DNA of 64,000 bases from the NCBI GenBank assembly GCA_963799485.1, contig CAWCXJ010000007.1:384001-448000 (forward strand), in the 5' to 3' direction. The DNA comes from an uncultured Trueperaceae bacterium. Lineage in GTDB: Bacteria; Deinococcota; Deinococci; Deinococcales; Trueperaceae. Positions 9,784-18,628 of the stretch are shown here, in pieces. Under the pieces are notes generated by a model. That model was not told the origin of the DNA, ran no database searches, and saw nothing but the letters and a program-made list of their open reading frames with translations. Numbering within the stretch: position 1 is the stretch's first letter; every line of letters begins with the position of its first letter. The position numbers were made by a program, and so were the translations under genes.

Positions 9784-11591
9784 CCACGCACACCCAAAAA
9801 ACCGGAACTCAAGATAACGGGGCCAACTGGACGACCATGCACTACATGCGCCGCCTCGTCTCGTACCGCCCCGGCTTGTTCGCGCTCAACCTGGGCATGT
9901 GGGGCGCAGTTCACCTCTTGCCGGTGCTGTTTCCTATCCTGATTGCCCAGCTGCTCGACGGCTTAGAAGGCAAAGCTGCGTTCGGCTGGAGCCCCTGGAC
10001 GTTTCTCATTTTGCTGACGGTCCTGAACGTCGGTCGCATCGGCTTGTTTGTTCCGAGCATCTACTTCTGGACGACGCTCTGGCTCGAGCTGGGACTGCTT
10101 TTACGGCGTAACTTGATCGACTATATCGTCCGCGCCCCCGGTTCGCGCGTCTTGCCGGGTTCACCGTCCGAAGCGGTCAGCCGCTTTCGCGACGACGTAG
10201 AAGAGGTAACGCTGCTCGTCGAGAGCTGGCTGGATTCAGGCGGGTTGGTACTCTCGGCGCTCGTTTCACTCGTCGTCATGTACCGGGTCAGTCCGGTCAT
10301 TACCCTCGCAGTCGCCGCGCCCCTCCTGTTGATGCTCGTTCTGACGCGACTCTTTACCGAACGTATCCGCCGCTACCGCCGCCGCAGCCGCGAGGCGACG
10401 GGGCGCGTCACGAGTTTTATCGGTGAGACGTTTGCGGCGGTGCAGGCCGTCAAGCTTGCCGGGCGTGAAGGACCCGTGACCGAACACTTTCGCGGGCTCA
10501 ACCGGACGCGTCGGCAAGCGGCTCTCAAAGACACACTGCTGACCGAGTTTTTACGCGGCGCTAATGCCAATATGACGAATATCGGCACCGGTATCGTGCT
10601 GCTTTTATCCGCCAGGGCGATGTTAAACGAGAGTTTCTCCATCGGCGAGTTTGCGCTGTTTGCGTTTTATCTGCCGCGTCTGACGAGCATCATGGCGTTT
10701 ATCGGCGACACTATCGCGCAGCATAAACGCGCCGGGGTGTCGTTCGAGCGGATGGCGCGGCTGCTCTACGACGCGCCGCCCGAAAAGCTGGTGCAGCACG
10801 CGCCGCTGCATTTGCGGGGTGAAATGCCCGAAGTCGTTGCGCCGCCGCTCACGGCGGGGGAGAGGTTGGAGAGGCTCGAGCTGCAAAACCTCACCTATCA
10901 CTACCCCGGCACCCAAAACGGCATCTCTGACGTGAGTTTCGGTCTGAAGCGCAGCTCGTTTACGGTTGTCACCGGGCGTATCGGCAGCGGTAAGACGACG
11001 CTGCTCCGCACGCTCTTGGGCCTTGTGCCGAAAGACTCCGGCGAGATTTTGTGGAACGGCGTCGCCGTAAAAGACCCGGCCTCGTGGTTTGTCCCGCCGC
11101 GCAGCGCCTACACCGCACAGGTGCCGCGCCTCTTTTCGGACTCTTTGCGGAAAAACATCCTGATGGGCCGCACCGGAGAAGATAGAGCACTGGATGATGT
11201 GGTGGATTTAGCCGTGATGACGCCTGATGTGCGGGGGCTCGAGCTTGGTCTCGACACCCTCGTCGGCACGCGCGGCGTCAAACTTTCGGGCGGTCAGGTG
11301 CAGCGTTCATCTGCAGCCCGGATGTTTTTACGGGGGGCCGACCTGCTGATTTTCGACGACCTCTCTTCAGCCCTCGATGTGGAGACCGAAGCGCATCTGT
11401 GGCGTCAACTTTTCGCCAAACAGCAGGTGACGTGCCTCGTCGTCTCGCACCGCCGCGCCGCGCTGAGACGTGCTGACCACATCGTCGTGTTGAAAGATGG
11501 GCAAGTTGAAGCTGAAGGAACGCTGGATGAGCTTTTGGAGACCTCAAAAGAGATGCGTCGGCTCTGGTCGGAAGAAAACAGCAATGAGTAA
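9780..11591 (+). CDS. ABC exporter, fused TMD-NBD, heterodimer subunit 2
   Basis: Walker A GRIGSGKT, signature LSGGQ, Walker B IFDD (catalytic E replaced by D); ATGA overlap with subunit 1. Confidence 0.92.
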   Translation: MTTHTQKTGTQDNGANWTTMHYMRRLVSYRPGLFALNLGMWGAVHLLPVLFPILIAQLLDGLEGKAAFGWSPWTFLILLTVLNVGRIGLFVPSIYFWTTLWLELGLLLRRNLIDYIVRAPGSRVLPGSPSEAVSRFRDDVEEVTLLVESWLDSGGLVLSALVSLVVMYRVSPVITLAVAAPLLLMLVLTRLFTERIRRYRRRSREATGRVTSFIGETFAAVQAVKLAGREGPVTEHFRGLNRTRRQAALKDTLLTEFLRGANANMTNIGTGIVLLLSARAMLNESFSIGEFALFAFYLPRLTSIMAFIGDTIAQHKRAGVSFERMARLLYDAPPEKLVQHAPLHLRGEMPEVVAPPLTAGERLERLELQNLTYHYPGTQNGISDVSFGLKRSSFTVVTGRIGSGKTTLLRTLLGLVPKDSGEILWNGVAVKDPASWFVPPRSAYTAQVPRLFSDSLRKNILMGRTGEDRALDDVVDLAVMTPDVRGLELGLDTLVGTRGVKLSGGQVQRSSAARMFLRGADLLIFDDLSSALDVETEAHLWRQLFAKQQVTCLVVSHRRAALRRADHIVVLKDGQVEAEGTLDELLETSKEMRRLWSEENSNE

Positions 11592-11650
11592 AAAGCAACG
11601 AGCAATGAGATGTCAACTTCTCATTGCTCGTTATTAACCACTCTTGACTA
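11580..11650. repeat. Heptamer-periodic palindromic repeat; probable bidirectional terminator
   Basis: AACGAGCAATGAGA (11597-11610) / TCTCATTGCTCGTT (11619-11632), 14-bp stem between convergent genes; related copy at 26338-26405. Confidence 0.7.
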
Positions 11651-11713
11651 CTCTTGCGGCGTCGGGTAATTCGCCGTCGGCACCGGATTGTGAGGCGTGA
11701 GCAGATTCAAGTG

Positions 11714-11932
11714 TCATTGTAGTTCAGGCACAAACTCAGCTTCATAGCGTTCAATGAGAACACCCAAAACGTCCATCAACGACGCTAGAGGATGCGCTTC
11801 ATCTTCGCCGACCTCATCGATGAGCTTGTCAAGCCACGCTACAAGCTGCTCGTACTGCGCTTCGTTACGAGGAACGACGAGGTTGTCAGCCAACGGTTGC
11901 CACACTTTTTCTGTTTCAGGAACGCTTAACAT
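11714..11932 (-). CDS. HigA-like antitoxin N-terminal domain, lacking the HTH
   Basis: PRNEAQYEQLVAWLDKLIDEVGEDEAHPLASLMDVLGVLIERYE resembles the HigA N-terminus; stops before any HTH; GGAAGG RBS. Confidence 0.6.
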   Translation of the reverse strand: MLSVPETEKVWQPLADNLVVPRNEAQYEQLVAWLDKLIDEVGEDEAHPLASLMDVLGVLIERYEAEFVPELQ

Positions 11933-11969
11933 AAGTGTTACACCTTCCAAGTTCTTTCATAGTGCCCTG

Positions 11970-12830
11970 TTATGTGCGCCGCAGTATACCGGCCTGCCCT
12001 TTGTACTCAAAAATAGCTGTGGAACGGCTGAAGTAAGGCGCGATTGATTTATCCAGCCAATCATCAATGTCACTTAGGGAGTCGCCGTTTTCGACAGCAA
12101 CAGAGACGTTAGACTGGGTGGTGAGATAGTTCCGCAGCGCCAAAGCAGACATTTCTTGCGGTATGGAAAGCGGGATACCTTTCTCGAGCAGTAAGCCGTA
12201 GTCGTCTTCTCCAAGAACTTCCCGCAAAGGTTTACTGTTTCGTTTGGGCGTCGCAAACTTGGTGATATAGGTGTTTTGATGCCAATCGTGATAACGCTCG
12301 TTGCCTTCCATGTTGCCTGGAAAGAACATATTGTAAACAACCAGCACACCGTCTTTATCCAAAACCCGAGCTGCTTCACTCAAAAAGGCAGGTTGGTCGA
12401 GCCAGTGAAAGGCAAAGCCAACCGTCAACACATTTACCGAGGCATCTTCAAAAGGGAGAATCCCGTCTTTAATTTGTCTGAACTCGGTGCTGGGATAAGC
12501 TTGTTTTGCCTGCTCGAGCATTTCTGCTGAGATGTCGCAACCGATAACCCTGTCAGCGTAGTTTAGCAGCGGTTCAGTAGAATGACCCGTACCGCAAGCA
12601 AAATCGACTGCTGTTTCAAAATTTTCTGACCATCCAAGCTCTTTGGCAATCGTAGCTATGATTTCAGCTTGAACGCGAGGTCTATATTTGGCGTAACGTT
12701 TGGCAATTTTTTCTTGCTCAAAGTGACGAATAACTACCCCCTCGTTTGCAGTACACAATCTATGGTCATCTTGCAATCTATTGAAGCTCGGTAAAATCTC
12801 GCAAAGTGCGGACTCGTTGGTTGTTATCAA
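11970..12830 (-). CDS. Class I SAM-dependent methyltransferase (Methyltransf_11-like); start uncertain
   Basis: RYAKYRP, VDFACGTG, FAFHWLD, EAARVL; lower GC than its flanks. Confidence 0.85.
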   Translation of the reverse strand: MITTNESALCEILPSFNRLQDDHRLCTANEGVVIRHFEQEKIAKRYAKYRPRVQAEIIATIAKELGWSENFETAVDFACGTGHSTEPLLNYADRVIGCDISAEMLEQAKQAYPSTEFRQIKDGILPFEDASVNVLTVGFAFHWLDQPAFLSEAARVLDKDGVLVVYNMFFPGNMEGNERYHDWHQNTYITKFATPKRNSKPLREVLGEDDYGLLLEKGIPLSIPQEMSALALRNYLTTQSNVSVAVENGDSLSDIDDWLDKSIAPYFSRSTAIFEYKGQAGILRRT

Positions 12831-12846
12831 CCTCGAGCCTCCACTT

Positions 12847-14091
12847 TTACGGCATCGGATAGTCTGCCGTCAGCGCCTTGACCTCTTCCCGAATCACCGC
12901 CGGGTCTTCGCCCTTCAGCGTCCGGTCAATTAGGTCAGCAACCTGCACCATCGTCTCCGGTGTAAACCCTCGAGTGGTCAACGCAGGCGTCCCGATACGA
13001 ATTCCTGAGGTCACAAACGGCGAACGGGTATCGAACGGCACGGTGTTTTTGTTGACCGTAATCCCTGCCTTATCTAGCAGGTTTTGCGCCTTTTTCCCGC
13101 TGATGTCCTGCGCGGTCAAATCCACCAGGAAATTGTGATTGTCGGTGCCGCCGGAGACGATGCGGTAGCCCCTATCCGAAAGCGCCCCCGCCAGCGCCTG
13201 CGCGTTCTTGACAATTTGCTCGGCGTAAACCTTGAACTCGGGTTGCAACGCCTCGAAAAACGCAATAGCTTTACCGGCGACGACGTGCTCCAAAGGCCCG
13301 CCTTGCGTCCCCGGAAAGATCATCTTGTCGATGCGTTTGCCGAGGTCTTCATCGTTGGATAAAATCACTGCGCTACGCGGCCCCCGTAAACTCTTGTGCG
13401 TCGTAGTCATCACCACATGCGCGTGTGGGAAAGGACTCGGATGAACGCCGCCTGCCACCAAACCGGAAATGTGCGAAATGTCGGCGAGGAGCGTCGCACC
13501 TACCGCGTCGGCAATTTCACGAAACTTGGCAAAGTCAATCGTGCGGCTGTAGGCGGTTGCGCCGCAGATGATGAGTTTGGGGCGGTGCTCTTGGGCTAAC
13601 GTAAGCGCCCCTTCATAATCAATTAGCTCGGTTTCCTTGTCTACCTTGTACGACACGACGTTGTATAAGATGCCTGAGAGGTTGACCGGGCTGCCGTGTG
13701 TGAGGTGTCCGCCGTGCGAGAGGTCGAGGCCCATCAGCGTGTCACCGGGCTCCAAGAGCGTGCTGTAAATCACATGATTCGCCGTCGAACCCGAATGCGG
13801 CTGCACATTCGCCCAAGCACAGCCGAACAGCGCTTTGGCCCGGTCGATGGCTAACAGCTCGACCTGGTCAACGACTTCGCAGCCGCCGTAGTAGCGTTTG
13901 CCGGGGTAGCCTTCGGCGTATTTGTTCGTCAGGACGCTGCCGACGGCTTCCATCACCGCCCGCGAGGTAAAGTTCTCCGAAGCGATAAGCTCTAAACCGT
14001 CACGCTGACGCTCGAACTCTTCGTCTATGAGCGCAAAAATCTTGTCGTCACGCTTACTGGTATTCATTTTGCGGGAGGCTGTGGTTGTCAT
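12847..14091 (-). CDS. glyA: Serine hydroxymethyltransferase
   Basis: [40 protein letters not shown] (PLP lysine). Confidence 0.98.
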   Translation of the reverse strand: MTTTASRKMNTSKRDDKIFALIDEEFERQRDGLELIASENFTSRAVMEAVGSVLTNKYAEGYPGKRYYGGCEVVDQVELLAIDRAKALFGCAWANVQPHSGSTANHVIYSTLLEPGDTLMGLDLSHGGHLTHGSPVNLSGILYNVVSYKVDKETELIDYEGALTLAQEHRPKLIICGATAYSRTIDFAKFREIADAVGATLLADISHISGLVAGGVHPSPFPHAHVVMTTTHKSLRGPRSAVILSNDEDLGKRIDKMIFPGTQGGPLEHVVAGKAIAFFEALQPEFKVYAEQIVKNAQALAGALSDRGYRIVSGGTDNHNFLVDLTAQDISGKKAQNLLDKAGITVNKNTVPFDTRSPFVTSGIRIGTPALTTRGFTPETMVQVADLIDRTLKGEDPAVIREEVKALTADYPMP

Positions 14092-14225
14092 GCGCCGAGT
14101 ATAGCAAGCTTTACGGCAGGTATTATCTGGTCGGAAACGCTATGAGTGCAAGGTTTACCGGCTGACACTCACGTTCTAAGATGATGCCTGTGTCAATTCC
14201 CGGCAGACCAGTTGTCAGCAACTCT

Positions 14226-14723
14226 TTAATCTCCCCAGGCGACCCGCCGTAAACCGTCAGCGCCGTAGTGCGCGACGCCCAGGTTTACGGCGCTGCTTTC
14301 GGCCTCTATATCCTCAACGAGTTTAGGGAGTACGTGCGCCGTCGTCTCGATGATGCCCAGCGCCGTAAAATCTTCGGGCCTTGTCCAGTGCAGCGTGCCT
14401 TCAGTGCAGTCCGGCAGCGCGTAGCGTTTGAGTTGCGCCGTAAAGTAAAACAGCACCGTAAGCGGTTCGCCGGGGCGGTTGTGAGCGAGCATTCGCCGTA
14501 AAACGAGGTGCGTTAGGTCGGCTTCTGTTAAGCCCGTCTCTTCAGCGAGTTCGCGCAATACCGAGCCGTACAGGTCGCCCAGTTCATCCGGTTCGACGCG
14601 CCCGCCTAAACCCGTGTAGCGGTTGGGTAAGAGGCGTTTTTGGGCGGAACGTTTGAGCAGGAGCCATCTGCCTTCAAAGATCAAAAAGAGCGTGGTGTAG
14701 TGAGTGACGGCGTTACTCGGCAT
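14226..14723 (-). CDS. NUDIX hydrolase
   Basis: GGRVEPDE-x-RELAEETGL Nudix box. Confidence 0.85.
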   Translation of the reverse strand: MPSNAVTHYTTLFLIFEGRWLLLKRSAQKRLLPNRYTGLGGRVEPDELGDLYGSVLRELAEETGLTEADLTHLVLRRMLAHNRPGEPLTVLFYFTAQLKRYALPDCTEGTLHWTRPEDFTALGIIETTAHVLPKLVEDIEAESSAVNLGVAHYGADGLRRVAWGD

Positions 14724-15237
14724 GGTTCAAGATGTTCTGGATGAAGGCGTATTTGCCGTCTGTGTAGGCTTCACGGTCTTTGGGAAACTGTTTGGCAAGC
14801 TGCGTCTTAAGTTTCTGGTATTGCCCCAACGCTTCCGGATGGGCGCACAGGTAATCCCTAAAAAAGAGCAGCTTGCGCCATTCGGTGTTGGTGCGCTCGA
14901 GCATATGCAGATGATGTGTTCGGTTTTCGGGTGAACCTTTGACGAAGTAGTGTCTGCGCGGAATACCCTGCTCGCCGCGAAAGGTGTAGCCGAGCGCCTC
15001 TAAGGGTTCAACGAACGCAAACGCCGCGTCGAAATCTTCCACGCCGACGCCGATGTCTAAAATCGGTTTGGCCCCGAGGCCGGGAATAGCGGTGCTGCCG
15101 ATGTGCTGAACGTCTACTTCGTCGCCCAAGATAGACTTCAACCGTAAACGTTCCATTTCAAATAGTTTGGCCCACCGCGTATCGTGCGGCTTTAGCGCGA
15201 CGGTGTAACGCTCGAGGCCGAGGGGTTCTTGAGGCAC
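14713..15237 (-). CDS. GrpB family protein (UPF0157)
   Basis: HIGSTAIPGLGAKPILDI, HHLH, FRDYL, YTDGK. Confidence 0.9.
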   Translation of the reverse strand: MPQEPLGLERYTVALKPHDTRWAKLFEMERLRLKSILGDEVDVQHIGSTAIPGLGAKPILDIGVGVEDFDAAFAFVEPLEALGYTFRGEQGIPRRHYFVKGSPENRTHHLHMLERTNTEWRKLLFFRDYLCAHPEALGQYQKLKTQLAKQFPKDREAYTDGKYAFIQNILNHAE

Positions 15238-15269
15238 GGTTTATCGTAACGTATGGATGAAGACACGGT

Positions 15270-15298
15270 AAAAAGGGCTCGAGGTTGGCCTCGAGCCC
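15270..15298 (-). terminator. Intrinsic terminator downstream of the capD-like gene
   Basis: GGGCTCGAGG-TTGG-CCTCGAGCCC with a 5-A run on the left (U-tract on the minus strand). Confidence 0.75.
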
Positions 15299-15317
15299 CC
15301 TGCCAATCTGCTAAACC

Positions 15318-17201
15318 TTACGCCGCAATATCGTCGATCAAAGACCCGCTGATGTACGCCTTGAGCTGCCGCCGAATGGTGCCGTGATCAGAACGTAACG
15401 CTGCTTCTTGCAGGTTTTGCACGGTGCGGTCTAAAGCCTCGAGTTCCAAAGGCGAAGGCTTGGCGACAAAAATCTTTTCGTGCGCTGTCGAGCCGCCCTT
15501 CTCCTCGTTCGTCATCAGCTCTTCGTAAAGTTTTTCGCCGGGGCGAATGCCGGAAAAGGCAACCTGAATATCGACGTCGGGTTCAAAGCCGGAGAGCTTG
15601 ATGAGGTCTTTGGCTAAATCCATAATTCTGACCGGCTCGCCCATGTCGAGGATATAGATTTCACCGTTGCGGCCCTGCCCGGCGGCCTGCATCACGAGCT
15701 GCGAGGCTTCGGGGATGGTCATAAAGTAGCGCGTCATATCGGGGTGCGTGACCGTCACCGGCCCGCCCGCCAAAATCTGCTGCTTGAATACCGGGATGAC
15801 GCTCCCCCGGCTGCCCAAAACGTTCCCGAAGCGTACCGAGACGAACTTCTGCTCGGGCCGGGCCCGGAGCGCCGCGCTCTGCACGACCTGTTCGACCATC
15901 CGTTTCGACGCGCCCATCACCGAGGTCGGGTTTACGGCCTTGTCGGTCGAGATATTGACGAAGTGCGAAATCCCGTATTTAAGTGAGAGCGTCACCAGGT
16001 TGCGCGAGCCGATGATGTTATTGAAGACCGCCTCTTCAGGGTTGAGTTCCATGAGCGGTACGTGTTTGTGCGCCGCTGCGTGAAAGACGACTTGCGGCCC
16101 ATAACGGCTAAACACGTAGTCGAGCCGGACGATATTTTGCACGTTGGCGATCACGCTGTGATAGGGAATATCGGGCCAGTCGCGGTCGAGTTCACGCTCC
16201 AAGGTATAGATACTGTTTTCGCCGCGCCCGAACAAAATCAGCTCCTTGGGCCGAAAACGGCAGATTTGGCGTACCAGCTCGGAGCCTATCGAGCCGCCCG
16301 CACCTGTCACCATCACCACCTTGTCGGTGATGTAGTTGGAGATCGCCGCCGTATCGAGTTCTACCGGAGGGCGGCGCAAAAGGTCTTCGATCTGCACCTC
16401 GCGGATACGGTTGATGCCGACCTGACCGCTAAGGAGTTCGTAAACACCGGGCATGATGCGGTACTTGAGACCTGCCTTGGCCCCTTCGATGCGGCCCACG
16501 ATTTCGCGGACGACGCGACCGTCTGAAGAAGGCAAGGCGATTAAAACTTCGTCGACCTTGTGGCGTTGTACGAGTTTGTTGATATCGGCGGTGGTGCCGA
16601 GTACCGGAACGGTGGCGATGCGGTAGCCGACCTTTTTGGCGTCGTCGTCTAAAAAACCGACGGGCCGGAGGCCCATCTCGGGGTGCCGGAGCATCTCGCG
16701 GACGATCAGGGTTCCGGCCTCGCCTGCACCGACGATCAGGACAGCTTTACGGCGGCTCCCACCTTCAGGCTGACCCAAACGGGCTTCGTGACGCAAGCGG
16801 GCAGCAGCGCGCGTACCCGCCATGATAAACAGCGTCAGGAGACCGTCTAGAAGAGCAATGGAGCGCGGAATTCCGGTTGCGGGGCCGAACCAGAGCAGCA
16901 GCACGCTGCCGAGTAGCGCGACGCTAGCAACCGCCCGCACGAGGTTGCCCACATCGCGGAAAGCCAACCGCGACCAGCTGCGGCGGTAGAGGCCGAAAAG
17001 ATACGTCGCGCCCGACTTGAGGGCAAACAACCCGAGCGTTGCAATGACAAGCGCGCTCCACAAGCCGCCCGGAAAGTTCCAGTCGTAGCGAATCAAAAAC
17101 GCCAGCGGCGTCGCTAGCAGCCAGCCGAGGGCGTCGATAAGGACTTTGTTACGCCCGAACTGACTTGGTTCTCCCCAAAGGGTTTGCTTTTCACGCTCCA
17201 C
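15318..17201 (-). CDS. Membrane-anchored NDP-sugar 4,6-dehydratase (CapD/WbpM/PglF family)
   Basis: N-terminal TMs; IVGAGEAG, TGAGGSIGSE, HAAAHKHVP, STDKAVNPTSVMGASK, RFGNVLGSRGS, GEKLYEEL. Confidence 0.93.
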   Translation of the reverse strand: MEREKQTLWGEPSQFGRNKVLIDALGWLLATPLAFLIRYDWNFPGGLWSALVIATLGLFALKSGATYLFGLYRRSWSRLAFRDVGNLVRAVASVALLGSVLLLWFGPATGIPRSIALLDGLLTLFIMAGTRAAARLRHEARLGQPEGGSRRKAVLIVGAGEAGTLIVREMLRHPEMGLRPVGFLDDDAKKVGYRIATVPVLGTTADINKLVQRHKVDEVLIALPSSDGRVVREIVGRIEGAKAGLKYRIMPGVYELLSGQVGINRIREVQIEDLLRRPPVELDTAAISNYITDKVVMVTGAGGSIGSELVRQICRFRPKELILFGRGENSIYTLERELDRDWPDIPYHSVIANVQNIVRLDYVFSRYGPQVVFHAAAHKHVPLMELNPEEAVFNNIIGSRNLVTLSLKYGISHFVNISTDKAVNPTSVMGASKRMVEQVVQSAALRARPEQKFVSVRFGNVLGSRGSVIPVFKQQILAGGPVTVTHPDMTRYFMTIPEASQLVMQAAGQGRNGEIYILDMGEPVRIMDLAKDLIKLSGFEPDVDIQVAFSGIRPGEKLYEELMTNEEKGGSTAHEKIFVAKPSPLELEALDRTVQNLQEAALRSDHGTIRRQLKAYISGSLIDDIAA

Positions 17202-17468
17202 AGTTCCTCCCCACCGCCGGGTTTATTCGGCTTGGGACAGCACCACTGTAACGTATTTGGTCACAACCTACACCACATATGCAACGTATCCGGTGGGGGG
17301 GTGTCGGCAGCGGTTGAGCTGTAAAGCGAGTTGTCGCACGTATAGGTTGCTCGAGTCGCACCATAAAACCCTTCGTAGACAGCTAGGCTACTTGCGTAGC
17401 GTTCTTAAAGTGTAGCGGCTGTGACGAGCAGATGCTGTGACGCCTGACGCTATAGGCGGGCACGTAAG

Positions 17469-18548
17469 GTGCGGCGTTCGGGGTGTGGTAAAACGGACGT
17501 TGATGCGTGGTTGCCGGGAGGGCTTATCAACCTGCTGCTGACGAGCGCCGGCAGGCGCAACGACCTGGTGGCGTACTTTTACGAGGCGCTACGCGGGCGC
17601 GGGCGTGTTTTTGCCGCCGACGCGAAGCTAAACGCACCCGCACTGCAAGAGGCGGACGACGCGCTGGTCGTGCCTCCGGTAGGCGATCACCATTACTTAG
17701 ACGCGTTGCTCGAGTTCTGTGGACAAACGCGTATCGATCTGCTCATCCCGCTCAGCGTCTTCGAGCTGCCCTATCTGGCAGCCGCTAGAGACCGCTTTGC
17801 TGCGGTGGGTACGAAGGTCGTTGTATCGACGCCCGGCGTCGTTGCGCGTTGTTTCGACAAATGGCAGACCTATGGATTTCTGCAGTCTCAGGGGCTCCCG
17901 ACGCCTAAAACCTACCTGACACCGAGTGCTGCGTCAGTCGCGCTCGAGGCGGGCGACCTAAGTTTTCCGCTCGTACTTAAACCGCGTTGGGGAGCGGAGT
18001 CGGCAGGGCTTACGTTTCTTCAAGATGAAGACGAGTTGGAGTTGGGTTACGACCTGCTGCAGCGCCGCCTCGCGCGCACCTCGTTAGCCGGAAACCCGGC
18101 TGAACCCTACGACAACGACCAAACGATCCTTATCCAAGAGTTTATTGTCGGTGAAGAGTACAGTCTGGATATCGTCAACGACCTCTCGGGCCGTTACGTT
18201 ACGACTTTTGCCAAACAAAAGCTGGGGTTGCGGGCCGGTGAAACGGACAGTGCCGTTACGGTTTTAGACGAACACCTGGGACATCTGGGCAGGACGTTGG
18301 GCCGGGCGCTGGGGCACATCGGCCCCTTAGAAGGCGACGTATTTTCAAGTGCTGCCGGCATATACGTGCTGGAACTCAACGCCTGTCTGGGGGCTGACTA
18401 CCCCTTCGCGCACGTTGCCGGGGCGGATTTGCCCACAGCTCTGGTCGCGTGGGCGAGCGGCGAAATCCCCGACCCGAGGTGGCTCCGCGCCGAGGCCGGG
18501 GTACGGTCGGCGCGCTCTAGCCGCCTGCTCCTACTTCCGCCGATGTAG
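17469..18548 (+). CDS. ATP-grasp protein (carbamoyl-phosphate-synthase-like, polysaccharide-associated), divergent copy; start uncertain
   Basis: NLLLTSAGRR, CFDKWQT, LKPRWG, QEFIVGEEY; ELNACLGADYP where EINPRFGGG is expected. Confidence 0.75.
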   Translation: MRRSGCGKTDVDAWLPGGLINLLLTSAGRRNDLVAYFYEALRGRGRVFAADAKLNAPALQEADDALVVPPVGDHHYLDALLEFCGQTRIDLLIPLSVFELPYLAAARDRFAAVGTKVVVSTPGVVARCFDKWQTYGFLQSQGLPTPKTYLTPSAASVALEAGDLSFPLVLKPRWGAESAGLTFLQDEDELELGYDLLQRRLARTSLAGNPAEPYDNDQTILIQEFIVGEEYSLDIVNDLSGRYVTTFAKQKLGLRAGETDSAVTVLDEHLGHLGRTLGRALGHIGPLEGDVFSSAAGIYVLELNACLGADYPFAHVAGADLPTALVAWASGEIPDPRWLRAEAGVRSARSSRLLLLPPM

Positions 18549-18628
18549 TACGGGTTCCGCTGGCGGAACCCGTACTTTTTTCAACTCGCGCCGCCCGGGG
18601 TACTACGGCAATTACCCGGAAGGTGTAG

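Noticed and set aside
14101..14225. ZTP (pfl), THF or glycine riboswitch upstream of glyA
   Set aside because: The consensus elements I remember are not present; kept only as an unclassified structured candidate
17418..17442. GCTGTGACG direct repeat / CRP-like site between capD and the ATP-grasp gene
   Set aside because: Only two 9-bp copies; no TGTGA-N6-TCACA spacing
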